Source: Basidiobolus meristosporus CBS 931.73
Lineage: Eukaryota > Fungi > Basidiobolomycota
Direction: 5' to 3'
Length of the DNA stretch: 64,000 nucleotides
NCBI GenBank assembly: GCA_002104905.1
Contig: MCFE01000061.1
Span: 124,001-188,000, forward strand
Part shown: positions 39,506 through 53,709 of the stretch, piece after piece
Numbering within the stretch: position 1 is the stretch's first letter
Layout: every line of letters begins with the position of its first letter
Position numbers and translations under genes: made by a program
Notes under the pieces: model-generated
What the model saw: only the letters and a program-made list of their open reading frames with translations
The model's database searches: none
Told to the model about the DNA's origin: nothing

Positions 39506-41135
39506 TTTCCAGTGATATTTACCTTTGGCCGAGTTACGTTGTCAGCGAATTGGGAGAAAGGGGCGATGGAGGCGGGGAGGGATTGGAAGAAACGAAAATG
39601 CTACAGAAAAATCACGATCAAGTGGAGTTTAAGTACATGCGCGAAGGAGATTTTTGGAACGGTCGCTCCATAGTAAATTAATGTAGTTGTACATAATAAT
39701 CATCAGTAATTGATCGGGGTTGGAATACGCCCTATGACCTCGAAGGGCGCATCAATTAGTGCCCTCCCACCTCTGACCCTAGCCAATTGCCCAAGCAACT
39801 GTGTGGGTAAGCCCGCCGTGATTACGAGCATATTGCCCACTTTTTGCAAATAACAGGTAGCCTGTCATCTCGAGGCCAATGGACTATGACCTAATATGGT
39901 GGCACAAGGAAGGATCTCTTGGAGTCATGTAGTTTGTGTATTTACTAATTTGAGAACGCTGATTATTATTGAACAGCGGGCACGGGGCAACCCGATTGGC
40001 CTCCGCGGCCAGGAGGCAATGGTGCTAGTGTCTTCAGTATTTTTATACACATCAGATCAGGCTTGGCATCTATTTTGAGCTCCTAAAAATAAGCACCAAA
40101 TGATTGTGGTGTAGTGGAGCAAGGCCCTGAGCTTGTAGAGACATCTGTTTTCAGCACAGCTGCTCCAAGTAGACGATGCCAATGGTATTTGTCGGGAATG
40201 AATTCGCTTACAGCTCGGGTGTGAATGCAGCCAATACATCATGAGATGGTGGTTTCTGACACCCGCTGCTGGCTGTAGAGGATTCATCGGCAAGCTGGCT
40301 TGATTAGGACGTGGTGTGTCGATATCCGTAACAGCAGCGTCTCCTTGAGCGAAGATCAAGTGGCACTTTTCTTTCCTTAAAATCCTCAGATCTTCATTCC
40401 ATTTGTAGGAATGTTGCCACAAGTATTACCGGCCCTGGAAATGGTCCGTTGAAGTGGTAACATTAAAAATCATCATCAATTTGCGTATACCGTTCGCAGT
40501 GTGGTACAACAGACACCCGGCTTTTCCTTCGAAGATCTGAATGCCACAAGGCTGCTCGTCGATGCACGGCATTACCACCGCATAATCCATCTGAAACACA
40601 TGGCAATCGAATCACTGTACTCTATTAGGTGCCATCGGACACAACCCAAACCAGCACGAGTCGTGCTTTCTGGAGTATTACCAGAGATGGCATCTGCCCA
40701 GAGAGAGGGTGCACAGCGGCTGATTTCACATTACCATTCTCTACAGCGTATGGTAAACACTAGATCGGGAGGAGCGGGGCAGGACGCACAGTCTGTGTGT
40801 GGCCCAGGGAAGCACCGAGGCTCGCTGGACACCACCTCGTTTGCCATGGAGTAATGTTGCCGTTGTGTTTCATGGCTCACATTTGTGTCGCGTTGAAATT
40901 GATTCCGCCCTTGGTAGATTGATTGAATCAGCCCTGATTAATGTGCTCCTACGTATCATCAATCAACACTGAGATTGCTTACCGAGTACATCGAGGCTCT
41001 GAGCTACATACGTCACTGGCCGATTTTACTGCAGCACGGTGCAGATCAAGCCAACACAGGTAATTAATCGGGGTGGCTTTCGATTCTGGGTTGGTAACTA
41101 TACTACAGTTTTTCCACCACTTCAGCAAGATCAGA

Positions 41136-44100
41136 ATGGCAATACGCAATGAGGCGGCTGATATCAACCACACCTTTCGCCTATATGCCAAAAATGCACT
41201 CAATAGCTGTGTGGTGCGCCAAATAACGTGTTGCGCCCTTCGATCCAAGGAGCGAAGTGATGTTATATTTGCCAAGGTTCGCTTGAGAAGTCAACCAGTG
41301 GAAGTAAATCTTATTAAATTTGGCTCTGCACCCAACTTGTTAGGAAACTTGCTTACAGCTACTTAGAATCAATCTGGATGAGAGTTTGAGCTCGTTGCTA
41401 GAGCAGCACGTGTTCGGAATCGTGAAGGACATGAAGCTCTTACGATGCTCGTTTAGGCGAGGAAACGACAATTCCCCCGATGAGCAGACAATTCGCAGTA
41501 GTCACCCAAAACCAGCCCCCATGTCAGGAAAGATCGCTGGGGATGATGTGTTGGTGTTCCTATCTGATTCAGGTGTATTGTCCTTTATTTCATATGAAGA
41601 ATTGGACCAGGGAAGAGGAAAGTTCAGCATTGTCAAAGAGGTTCGCTCACCCCACAGCTCGTTCTATATCCTTTTGCGCTGACACCTACCCATACGTGCG
41701 ATAGTTGTATTTGGCTCCTCCAGGCCTTGGCCATAAATATTTAGGCCGTTCGCTCTGTGTAGACCCTTTGTGAGTATTTGTATTGCTGGAGAAATGGACA
41801 TCGTATTTACCGAAGCTCCCCACAGATCGCGCGCTCTGGCTGTAGCCGCGTGGCAGGATTTGGTCAAAGTATATATGCTGACGCAGCACCAAAGTCGGGA
41901 AAATTTCGAACCCATCAAAGAGGCATGTAGAAAGCCTGTTTCAAGGACATTTCACGCATCTAACGATCCGTAAATGCACAGGAAAGGCTGTTAGAGGTCA
42001 AAGGCATAATCTGGAACATGGCTTTTCTTTATCCCACCGCAAACGAGAAAGAGAGACTGCTGCTAGCATTGGTTGTGTTTGAGTATGATCGTTCGAGGCT
42101 CGCTTATAACTGCCAACAAATATTCACCAAGGTTGATTCAGTGATGTTGAGAAATCGGCCTCCATAATGCTCTATCAGTTTTGGTCGAATGAACCACTCC
42201 AGAAAGCCGAGCTATATGGCAAACTTCCATTAGGAAAAGGTAAGGCCCAGAACGCTTGCAAGGGCTGCACTTTCGCACAGTTTTAATGGCTTCTGGCTTT
42301 TAGACTTCCCTCTACCGCTCCATTTGGTTCCGCTGCCCCATCATCCAGAAACTTTTCTTCTTATCAATGTAAGCCAGACAAGGTCGTGGCTATCTAGCGG
42401 GTGATTCTAACGAACATTCTATAGGAGCGACAGATATCATTCTTACAAGCGGACGATATAACCTGTGGCAATGTCAATTATTATAAATTAAACCTGCCCC
42501 CCACCTATGGAACTGCTACCGAAGGTAAGCGAGGCCAATCATACCAAGTCTGGCCTGACTATTAATTGTCTGTTTACAGCTCCTTTGATCACATCGTATG
42601 CATTGCCCTCCGAGTTGCCACCTCTTTCATCTGGACTTTCTTCGGCTGTTGCGTCTACTCAATATCTGTATCTTGGTACAGATAAAGGCGACTTGTACAA
42701 AGTACTTGTAACTGGCGAGCCATATGTTGAGCTTCAGTTGCTGGGAAAGCTAAATCCCATTGGGGAGGCTATGCATGTCATAGCTACGAACGATCAGCAA
42801 GGAGACCTACTAGCAATCTCAGGTGAAATGGCCAATGGGTCTGTAGTAACGGTAGGATGGAGTAGGCAAGGGTCGCATCTCACCCCACAACTAATCGGTT
42901 TACTCTTGACTAGGTTGACCATTTCAACAACGTCAATATAAGAGCAGAGATTCTCAATTGGTCACCGGTGCTTGATTTTGTTTCATTAGATTATTACAAT
43001 GAACAGCATGATTCGTTGTATCTATGCTGTGGTGGAAGCTTGGGTGGCTCAATACGGGAGATCAGAAATGGCGTTGGTGTTACAACTATCGTTTCAACTG
43101 GAGCTGACTTTGGAAGGTACTCCTTCTAAGAAAATGCAACGGAGATTGCATACGAACGCGTATTCCCTAACGCACCCATTTCAAAATAGCGCCAATCGCT
43201 TGTGGAGTCTAAAGACGAATGCCTCTGATGTCAACGACTCGTTTCTTGTTATATCTTTCGTGCACGAAACGAGGCTAATGTACTCCGGAGGTTCGGTTTA
43301 TTTATTCTCAAGTAGGATGGTGCTCCGAGTATGTATTAACAGATAGTTGGTTAGCTGGGGAATTGGAGGATGTTAGTGATAGGAGTGGGTTTGACCTCGA
43401 GCAGTCCACCATCGGTACTGGTGTTCTCCACACCACCGGGTATCTCGTACAGATATGTCATAGAGCTGTAATTGTCACCCACCCAAACCTGAACGATGAT
43501 GAGCTAGGTAGTTGAAGGAGTTGTATAATTGTCTGCCGTTGATGTTTAACATTCCCCGTAACAAGCTTCGAGTTCTGCTAAGTGGACATCTCCGGATGGT
43601 GCCACGATTACTGTTGGATTCACCGTTGAAAACAACGTCATATTGGGGCTTTCATCTAATCAAACCCATTCGCTTGTTATGCTTGCTGTGAACATTGATC
43701 CCTCGACGTAAATTTACTATACATCACTGTATCGACTGAAAGCATCATTAACTCTTGTTTTGGCCCGTATAGAAATGACATCTCCTTTGCGTTGGTGACT
43801 AGTGTAGAGCTGGAGCATGAGCCCTGTTCGATTGATTGTATCTCTTCTGAGTAAGGGCGCCTGAAAGCATGTGAATCCTTCCTGATGCTCTAAATAACCT
43901 GCCACTTAGTATTGTCGCACCGTTCCCTATTTGCTTAATCGGAACATACAAGCCGTCGATCGAAATCTATGGGATAAACTCGACATTTGGATTTGAGCTC
44001 CTCCATTCGGAATCTCTAGGTCGGCAATCACTAGGACCATGATTCGTTTTCACGTATTAACCAGACGACAGCTAGTTATTCCTCGGAAGGAATCAACATT

Positions 44101-46452
44101 CCCCAGTCTACGGCGTTTGTAGGGACTGAGCAAATGCATTTCTTAGCAGGTATCTCTCCATTTACCAAACGGTGATTCGATCGTATTGTATAGCTTGGAT
44201 TTTAAGGTTTACGCGATGGGACAATCATTCAATATTCATGGAGCTGGTCAACAGGTAATGCACTTGGCCTTCGGGAATGCACCGAAACAGCCACTAACCT
44301 GGCCGCTCTGTTGCCTTGCAGATGTGGGGAAGCCTATCCTGACTTCGCCTTCAAGCCGTAAAATCGGGGTATTCCCGGTGCAAATCATATATCCACAAAA
44401 CCGAGTACACTCCAACTATGTATTGGTCTTTTCGGACCGTGCGTGGAAAATCATCTCTACCTCTAACGGGCTAGCCTTCGACAGTATCTCGTTTAATCAA
44501 CCAGAGCAGGTATGTGTACACAGCAATGACATATCAAGCAATGCTAATCCTGCATGGGGTATATGTCAGATTACTGCGGCCACGTCGTTTGCCGATGGGA
44601 GTGAATGTGATGGCTACTTGACTGTGACCAAGAACGTATTGAACTATGTCTATTTGGACAGCGAAAAGCGCAACAATGTCCGCTATATCGCCAAGGAAAA
44701 TGTATGTCAAAATAGATATTTGACCATCCAAATAGTGCTTACTCAACCGTTTCAACGTTACCCTGAATCACTGCAGACACCAAGACGAATTCTCTATGAT
44801 AAACTGACCGAGAAGTTTCTCATCGCTTGCAATGTGGAGTCCAGCTCACGACCAACAACTATGCTAAAGCTGATCGAACCACTAAGGTAGGAGATTATCC
44901 CAGCGGTCCGACTCTGTGCTATCCTAACAATGGCCTGTCTAGTGGCGAAGCTCTTGCAGAACAAAGAATGAGGGAGCAGGAGATTGTATATTCATTGTGT
45001 GGTATGATAATATCGCGACGATTTTCCTTATTCAACAGCTGACCAAGTACTTGAACAAGTCTGGAACATCCCTGGAAAAAGAAAATACAGGTACATATGT
45101 GTAGGAACCGGAATCCACGATGCGGGATCTATACCCCATCATGGCAGACTCCTCATCTACAACATCAAAAAAAACCCTCCTCGGAAGCAAGCCATTTCGG
45201 TAATTAGCAGGTTGCATTGGCTTGTTTCTGCTGAATGCTTATCTTGAAATCGTACTTTAGGAGGCTGCTACTTATGAACTCAAGCTCGTCTGGGAAAATG
45301 AGCGAGCTGGTGCCGTATACAGTGTTTGTCCATACGAGGATGGGTATGCAATTACCTTCCAACATTCTTAGCCCCTCGTTTTAATCGACTCGAGGTTTAG
45401 GTATCTATTGGTGGCCGCCGGAAAAACACTTTACATGTTTTATCTAGACTTGAATTTAAAAAAGTAAGTTGGCTCTTCTTCCTCAAATTGGTCAGTTTCG
45501 CCTTGACTAACCTATCTCTAGGCTGGTAGAGTGTTGCAAAATCAGTATTCGCTCGCCAGTGGTATCCATTAGCGTCCAAGGCTCTTGGATTAGTGTCGGT
45601 ACTCAGAAGGATTCGGTACTGTTCTACACATTTGATAAAGTGCAACAATCGTTGGAGTTCGTGAGAGGGTGAGTGCATCCGCACATTGAATTGTAAATGC
45701 CATTCTAACGTATCCTAACCATCATCCTTAGTGCGCGCCATTTAAGACTGGTCGCCAACTCCAAATTCATTAGTGAGAAACTGTCTGTGGGAACAGACAA
45801 GCTTGGAACTGTGTTTGGAATGACTTACGGTAAAGCCTAGTAAGGTCCTCGGCCACGTTTTTTATTCCCTAACCTCGCACCTACTTTTATAGATGAAGAA
45901 TCGGTCAGAAGACCCCTCAACGATTCCTTCGCCTTTAACCAAGGCGAAACCACGTTACGGTTGAACATAGGATCCATGGTTTATGAGTCTGCTGAGAACT
46001 GCGCCTACAAGCGCCTTGGTTGGTCAGAAACCACAGGAGAATCCGAGAAAAACAAGCCCTCCATTATTGGATGCTCTATTATCGGAAGCGTGGTCTTATA
46101 CCTGCGTCTAGATGAAAAAGTGTTCTCTACACTGGAGGAGCTTCAAACTATCCTTGCCAAGCACCCATGCACCAGACCGCTACTTGGCAACAATCATTAC
46201 CGATTTCGATCGTTGGTTGTCCCAGCCAAAAACGTTATTGATGGTGAAATGGTATCACAGTTCCTACTCTTGCCTTATCCAACCAAAATGGAAATCATCC
46301 AAGCATCTTGCTTTTTTGATCAAGTTGGGCAGGATCTGGCCGACAGGTCCACTCAGGAGATCCATCCAAATGATGCTGAGCGTACAAGGCATGAATTAGT
46401 TATCGCATGGATTTCACAAATATTACAGGAGCTCAATCAACATTGTAATTAA
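41136..46452 (+). CDS. Mms1/DDB1/CPSF-A-like multi-propeller protein, many exons
   Basis: N-terminal VVRQITCCALRSKERSDVIFAKETCLQLL...EQHVFGIVKDMK, VFLSDSGVLSF, RALAVAA, LYLGTDKGDL, NWSPVLDF. C-terminal LQTILAKHPCTRPLLGNNHYRFRS...NVIDGEMVSQFL. Exact orthology and start codon uncertain. Confidence 0.78.
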
Positions 46453-46578
46453 CGCGAGGATCTTTTCTCGGCAGGCATCAGTTCTATCAGGGTTTCTTAC
46501 TTTGTAATAAATACTTGGAATTTAGAGATGTACATTCATGACACTTCGGTATATTGCTAATCTGACATCTTCTACGGT

Positions 46579-49500
46579 TTAGTTAAAATAGCCCATTGTT
46601 GAAAGCGGGGGATCTTCTAGGCTCAACAATGGCTTGAAGCCTGCGCTTGACCGTTCGGAATTTTGGATCTTTTAGAGTGATCTTAAGCGATTTGAGTAGC
46701 TTTAAATATGTTGTCTGTCTTGCTGAAAGCGTAGTGTAGAAGGCAGACATTCCCAGCCTAACAAGATTGCCCGTTAGTTATAGAGATACCTTCTGAATCT
46801 ATGGAGACTATCCAACTCACCAAGTCACCTCAGCTTCCGTCACGCTCATCAACGCAGGCTTCGCTTCTTTCGGACTAGGTCGTGATCGGCTTTTCAATAA
46901 GACATATCCGAATTGTACTATGTCGTATATTATATCTTCACGAGAGTTGAGAAAGGAAATTGATGGGATGAAGGCATGAAGCTAGCCGAGGCGTACCTGT
47001 TAGATGCTGCTCTCGTTGCTGGTGGAATGTTCTCAAGCTCTGTGAGTATCTATGGAATTTCATGGCGCATAGCAGATAGCTCTGGTAGATGTTCAGTAAT
47101 ATGGTAGAGACTTGATTGAAGCCAGGGTTGATAAATATTGGATGAAAGCGAGGCTTCAGCACTCTAGTAGAACAAGATGAATTTCAGCTCCATAATTATC
47201 TTCAAATCTGATCAGTAATCCTTACTGCATCAATTTATGCCGAAAAGCGATCCCAGGTTTGTTGATAGTCTCAACTGTCAGAGTGTTATTGATATCTAGA
47301 AAAGGCCGGAAGGATTAGTTACTCTAGCTCATCCATTCCAGCATCGAGCTACTTACAAGTTCCTATATACCGATTGTAGTCGGTCTTGACATCAAGAGTT
47401 CGGGTGTTTATCAATAGGCCACACCAAGGAAATTCTAATAAAATGAATCAGATACACATCCAATTGTGTTACAAATAGCGTATGTACACAACCAAGGTTG
47501 TTCTTATTTTCAACTGCAATACGGCTGACAGATTCCCCATGAATTTTTACTTCGAAATTCGTCAAGGTTTTTTGGGGATTGATGAAGCACCCATAATCCG
47601 CATTTCCTAGGTGAGCATGTATTAACACTGAACCTAATAGCATGACAAGCTTTCGAATCTCCAAGCACATACCAGTATGCATCACTTCGAGGAACCGTAT
47701 CACTTTACTCTTGTCCAAACTGATGTAAAGAAAATCGTCCACTAGTCTCAACAAAAGCTACATATTGAATAGTGTTAGTAAATCATGGATGAAGCGGGGT
47801 TTTTGCTGTTTACTAACTCCGTCATTGGTTGCATTAATAAATGCCAGGTGTTCCTTTTCGAAGTGGCCGTAAAAAATGCTAAATACCAGGTTAGCAACTG
47901 TTTCATTACTACGTCTCATTAGTGGCGTACCTGCAGAGTAGGGTAGACACAATCGAGCCTTGAGGTATGCCACCAGTTTGCTTGTAAAACTTATTGTCTA
48001 TCTTAACCAGATTCTTGGATATATGCTCCTCTAATAAAGTTAAAACTGTGCGAATATCTTCAAATCCGTAGGCAACCTATGGACAATGCACCAATGAGTC
48101 ATGCAGCCTATAAAACGTCAAATTTTCGATAATACCTGATCTATGAAAACAACATGCTGCATATTGCTCGCCATATCTTGCGCCAGTTCCGGAAATTGCG
48201 TAAAATCATCTAATGATAACCCGCTTAGATAAGAAAATAATTTATGGCTCACATAGCATAGTTACCTCCAGCACGAGCTTTCCGAATAAATCTCTTCCTC
48301 AATCTTCCCGCTGATGGATAAATAGCGGTGTATTTCTGAAGCATATATTCTTCCTAGTGAATCGAGATCATATGAATGGGTCGCTCAAAGCAATCCTTCC
48401 TGCGAGGACATACTTCCTTGAAGATCGCCTTCAGAATGGATAGTAACTTAGCTTGATTAATAGAATCGAAAGCTCCTTTGATATCCACTTTGGCAAAATA
48501 AAATTTCGAGCTGCTATCCAGTAAGCACCTCTAAACCGCAATTAGATGGATTAACATGTATCTTACCTTGCGTTGTCGACAAATATTCTGGCTTTGAATT
48601 CTTTCAGTTTCCAGTATATGTCATTCATACCCAGAACAGAGCTTCCCATAATGTCCGGTTGACGCGCCTATACAATTGTTCATCGGGTAAACTTAGTGGC
48701 AAAGTTTCAGGTCAACTTGAAAGATACACGAAAACGACCTTTTCAAAAGTCAATATCTGAAATGCATTTTGCAATAGGGTATTGATGGAAAGCCCTAGCT
48801 CTTTCTTACGACTTTTTGTTTTGCTCTGGACAGTGCTGGATAGCTATAGAATGCTTAGTATAGAAAGATAGCAGATATACCACGTTGTTTCTTTACATTC
48901 TTGATGTATTTTCGGCGTAAATTTACGATTGGACGTACGCCATTCTCTTTTGGCAATAGTCGTAAATAAGAATAGCCGATATCGCGATTTAGTAGTATTG
49001 TCTGTGCCTCGTCCTAACATATAGATGCAGTGAAGAGTAAGTCAGTTGTACTAATGCAGACAAATATGCCACACGCACTATACTGATTCTTGTATATATA
49101 CTGGATATAAGCTTATTCAATGCAGGCTTTGAAATTGTCTGCCAGAAATCTTGTCTGAAGTAAAACACACGATTACGATGCTGTGAACTCTCAGTGATGT
49201 AAAAATTCGTCTGTTGGTAGTGTTAGATTGGTTATTCATCTCTAATCAAACCTGATTTACCCACTTTCAATAACGGTATCACTATCGAGTTAAAAAGGTA
49301 CGAAACAAATTCGTTGAATAGTTCTTTTCGTTTTTCCGTATCACTGGGGGCTTTGTGGCCTGTTTTGACGCGATCCGAATCAAGCCATTCACAGTCGCTG
49401 AGCTAGAGTGGGTTTAGTAAAGAAAGGAGCCAAGGAGTCAAAACAAATAACAAACCTTAACGTTCTGTACAATTTGATGAAGCGACATTGACTCATACCT

Positions 49501-51717
49501 ACGACCACGAATAAACTGACTGATTGCTGGGGGATGGTGTAAATGGGAGGCCTTGAGATTTTGCAACAATAATGCTCCTAACCTTGATATATAAACTGGC
49601 GATTTGGCTCAGATCCCCAAAGTTCATAAGGAATTATCCGGTTCAGAGCAGAATGCACAAAGCATGTTACCTACGTCCCAGCTATGGTAAACACAGGAGT
49701 AGTAAACTCACGAAACTCATGACGTACTTGATGATAAGAAGAGTAAGGCATTTTAGAAGCCGATCTGTCCTCATTATATGATGCAAGTGGGATCAAAGAG
49801 GAAATTGATACGTTGTCAACCTATGAAGTCAGCCATGAGTGAGCAGGTATCAAGGCGTTGGAGAATCATCTGATGGAAGCAATATAATACCGAGAGAGGA
49901 CAGCTCCTTATCAATAGTGCTCGATAGTTGCATTTCTTGTGTAACAGCGTAAGCTTTTTGATCAAAGCTGCCGCCTTTTTCAATCGCCAAGGAATCTTCA
50001 GACTCTTGTCATGCTAAAGCAAGGCTTCATGTTACAAAGAGGGGTCGTATCAAGTGACTCATATAAGCGTACACTTAATCTCTGGGACGGCGAGAATGGC
50101 CTTTGGTTAAACTGGCTAGGAAACACCATCAGCATGATCTCTTTAAGAGAGGCAACATTTAGGTGATCTACATAGTAGAACTGTAAACTCAACAACGTCA
50201 GTGTTTCGAATGATCAAGCCGATCAACTTACGAGTGTATGGCAGGCCGAAATATACAGGGATTTTGTGCTTTCGAATAGGGCGAGAGTAGAAGATTCTTG
50301 AACGTTCAAATACAATGGCAGTGGGTTTTCTAGCGGGGAGTTGTCAACAGTATAACAAGCAGTTAGATCCCAGCCCTGGGTATTGAAGAATGTGATATCC
50401 ACCCACTTTACGGATTTTGTGTGGCTGGTCTTGTTTGATGAGGCTAGCTTTTCTGAAAGGCTAGACTCAGTACGAGCATATTTCACAGGAAAAGGCTCAG
50501 TCACTTCAAGCTGAAATTTCCTTTTCAACCCAGCAGCACATACACTTGTGTTTGGAATGAAACCATTGTTTTCTGTGCCTAGACAGCCTGAAGCTGGAAT
50601 GCTCGATAAATCACCCTGCTTATCACTCACATTATGTGTATAACCATCGGGAGTCTGCTGGATGGATGAGTGGCTGATACCGCTTGCCGCTCCAGCTTCG
50701 TTTTTTGAGTAGGACGCTTGCACTTCCTCTGAGCACTGATTTTCGCCTTTCCTTCTTTTTCCCCGCCGGCGTCGCTTTCGCAAAGGCCTCAGCTCAGGTT
50801 CATCCTCACTTTGGCTCGGTTTGAAACGAGGTATATTTGTGTTGGCATTGACCGCTTTCGAATTGAAAACTGCTTCAATAGACTTTCGAAACAATTTGGG
50901 TGGAACATACATAGACTTTTGCAGTCTAGTGCTAGACACAACGATATCAGATATGGGTGTTCCTTGAATGCGCTCTTTACGTAAGTACTATTGTTTTAGT
51001 TATAGTCCGCAGAATTTTGAGCTTACCTGTTGCTTGATAAAAGCAGTCATTGGGTAGAGGAAGAAACAGCAAGGTATCCAATAACAAATGATACATCATT
51101 TTCTCTCCAATTCTATAGAGGCATTAATTTTATATAACAACGTCCTAAATGTTACTTGAGATACCTTGATAGGAGCGTTTCCCAATGTTTAGACTTAAGA
51201 CTATTGACAATAGTGTTTGGAAAGTAGTTTTCAACGCTGACCAAGCCAGGTACTCCATACGTATTATGGTTACGGATCTAAAGCGTGATTGTTTAACTTT
51301 GGGAATTTATGATTTTTTCTGATTTTTTAGGAAAGCTCACTCGTCGATAACCAAGAGTCATTATATTGCTAGGATTTCCCCTTGCGTATTGGAAAATGGT
51401 CTGAATGACCCGATTCACTATCTAAAGGCAAACTAAGTCAAGGATCTTCGGCAGGAATCACGCGATGGAAAACTATGTACCTCCCCTTGTGTAGATAGGA
51501 CATCGCTTTGAAATGAAGCTATTTCAATAGGCTTCGTTTCAACTACAAGGGTTCTTGCCAGAAATTCTTGATATTCAATACTATCACTTTCTAGTAAAAC
51601 ACGACGCTGCTTTGTGTCCTTTTTCAGGAAATATTCCAGCAAAGAGGTTATGTTTTTAAACAAGTTGGCCAAGGTAAGCGAACGAATAGGAGGAGTGGCA
51701 GACTCTTTGTTCGACAT
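46579..51717 (-). CDS. TERT: Telomerase reverse transcriptase, many exons
   Basis: T motif [21 protein letters not shown] (~49143-49212), motifs 1/2 [16 protein letters not shown] (~48915-48970), motif [15 protein letters not shown] (~48460-48505), B' [14 protein letters not shown] (~47935-47980), C LRLVDDFL (~47730-47754), [12 protein letters not shown] (~47395-47430). All three catalytic Asp are present. Confidence 0.95.
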
Positions 51718-52989
51718 ACGAGGACGAGTGAATATAGCAACGCTAAGTCACGAAATGGTGGAAAGAGAAAAGCCCAAGTTAATTTAGCATCGGGACTGTA
51801 TTTCGATCGGGCAACGAGGTGGATAAAAAACAATACTTGTTGACAACTCGATTTGTTTGAGGGTTGCTAGATTACTGATTATGCCTACGCATGAGATTTG
51901 TCAGATCCTACCAAGGGGAAAGACCGAGATTTCGAGGTTTAGGATCCGCTTAACATTAGAAAATGGATAACCAGCAGTCACCAAAGCACTGAGTTTTGTC
52001 AGAGCGGTTAGTGTTCCCAACCACTGCACACTTTCCAAGACTTTATCTTCACGTATAGCAGTGAGGTTGGGACACTCCTCAGGGCACATGACCTTTGAGC
52101 GACGTGGTGGCTGTTATTCAAGGAATACGCCATATACATGTAGTGCTGAATAAATGCATATGCATTCATTCACTCGATAGTCTTGCTCAAATCTGGTTGT
52201 GAAGTGTTGTTCCCAAGCCCATTCTGGATTGGCTGGTGGGCACATAAAACCCATGAATTAACTATTAAGGAGTGACAATTTAATTCACCATACACAGCTA
52301 CGCTTCCCTCGCCATTTACGGGATCATCAATATAACATAAAGTTGGTGGATTAGCCAGTATGTACTAATGTGTTGGCGACTGATCACCATTGGCTATTGA
52401 CAGAAGCGTGTATAAAGCTTCTTGTTCATCACTCCGCGGCGAATCATGCTGGAATTCTCTGAGTAGAATCATTTCTACGGCTAATTGAGCAATTCAAAAT
52501 GACACCACAGAGTAATTTCAAGTCAGTATTTGTACTATAAAACCCTCATACCTGGGCTCAAACTGGTTACTTGTCTAAAACGGAATGGATTAATATCATT
52601 GCAAACCAGTGTGTTACTGCAATGTTGTCCAGTGTGAGCACATTGGTATTCAACTCAAAAGACTAATTTGCAGAAACTGTGTGACGGTAGTTTCAATTAG
52701 AAATGACAACGAGATTAGATTGCATATATGACGAAAATACAGCCTAATGGGCAGATCACCATGAATGGAAGCAAATCAGAGTGCGTGAATTAGTGTTACT
52801 TTGCAACGTTGATGATATCTCGTATTCACTCATTTATATCTGTTGGCCTTGTCAACTGAGATCACTGCTTCCTTCTATTTCAGAACCGCTGAATAGACCA
52901 TTAACCTTGGACGTCCTTGAACTCTGCCCCTTCCTCTAACTCTCTCTAAGCTACTGTATTTAATCCTAATCGGCCAACGAGTCAAAGCT

Positions 52990-53709
52990 ATGAGGCTTTT
53001 CAGACAAGAGCGCGTGTCTAAACAAAGAACCTTCATCCCAAAGAGCAAGCACGAGCTATTAGCACATGAGGCTCGAGATATCATGACTGGTAAACGAAAA
53101 CAATTCGACTCGGGACGGACTATAAAGGCACTTCAAAATCCAGACACAATGAATAAAGTGCTTCCAATTCTTCGGAAGCTACCCGAGGCTGACACTCCCC
53201 ATGCAATCGATCTTCTGTTCACCCAGGAGCCACCACAACCTACCTCAACTGTCCATTTTGCCATCAAGGAGGTTCGGCAAAGAATTGAACTTGTAAATTT
53301 CTCTCCCTTAGATGCTATAGCCACCAATCAGGGCCCTCTACTTAGTAATCGCAGTGGACCTCCACCTAGAGATGTGGTATCAGTATACACCTATTGGTGG
53401 GGTTATGAGATATATTTGCCGGATCAGCTAGTCAAAGAGCTTATAAAGGATGGAAATACAGCGGTCGCTGCTGCTGGACTGATCGCCGCACTGTCAGCGG
53501 CAGTTCCTGCGTTGGCTCCCTTTGTAAGAGTAATATCTGCCTTTATAACACTACAAATTGCTGTAATCCAGAGAAAAGATCACAACTCCGGGATTATCTT
53601 AACCTCCTCCTGGTAAGCAGCATGCACTTTTCAATCCGCGCTACTTGTTAACTAACTGCTTGAGATTAGGATTCTTCCTGCACTTCTGGTCCCACGCCAA
53701 TGGAAATAA
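52990..53709 (+). CDS. Conserved hypothetical fungal protein (YWWG motif), exons 52990-53612 and 53670-53709
   Basis: PPRDVVSVYTYWWGYEIYLP, a hydrophobic Ala-rich segment, then GIILTSSW|ILPALLVPRQW across a GT-AG intron at 53613-53669. Confidence 0.75.

Noticed and set aside
40057-40854. ORFs on both strands upstream of the Mms1-like gene
   Set aside because: Trial splice models give only short, unrecognisable peptides.
51901-52400. Candidate telomerase RNA or extra TERT exon upstream of TERT
   Set aside because: No 1.5-repeat template match (only CTAACCG) and no TEN-domain-like coding signal.
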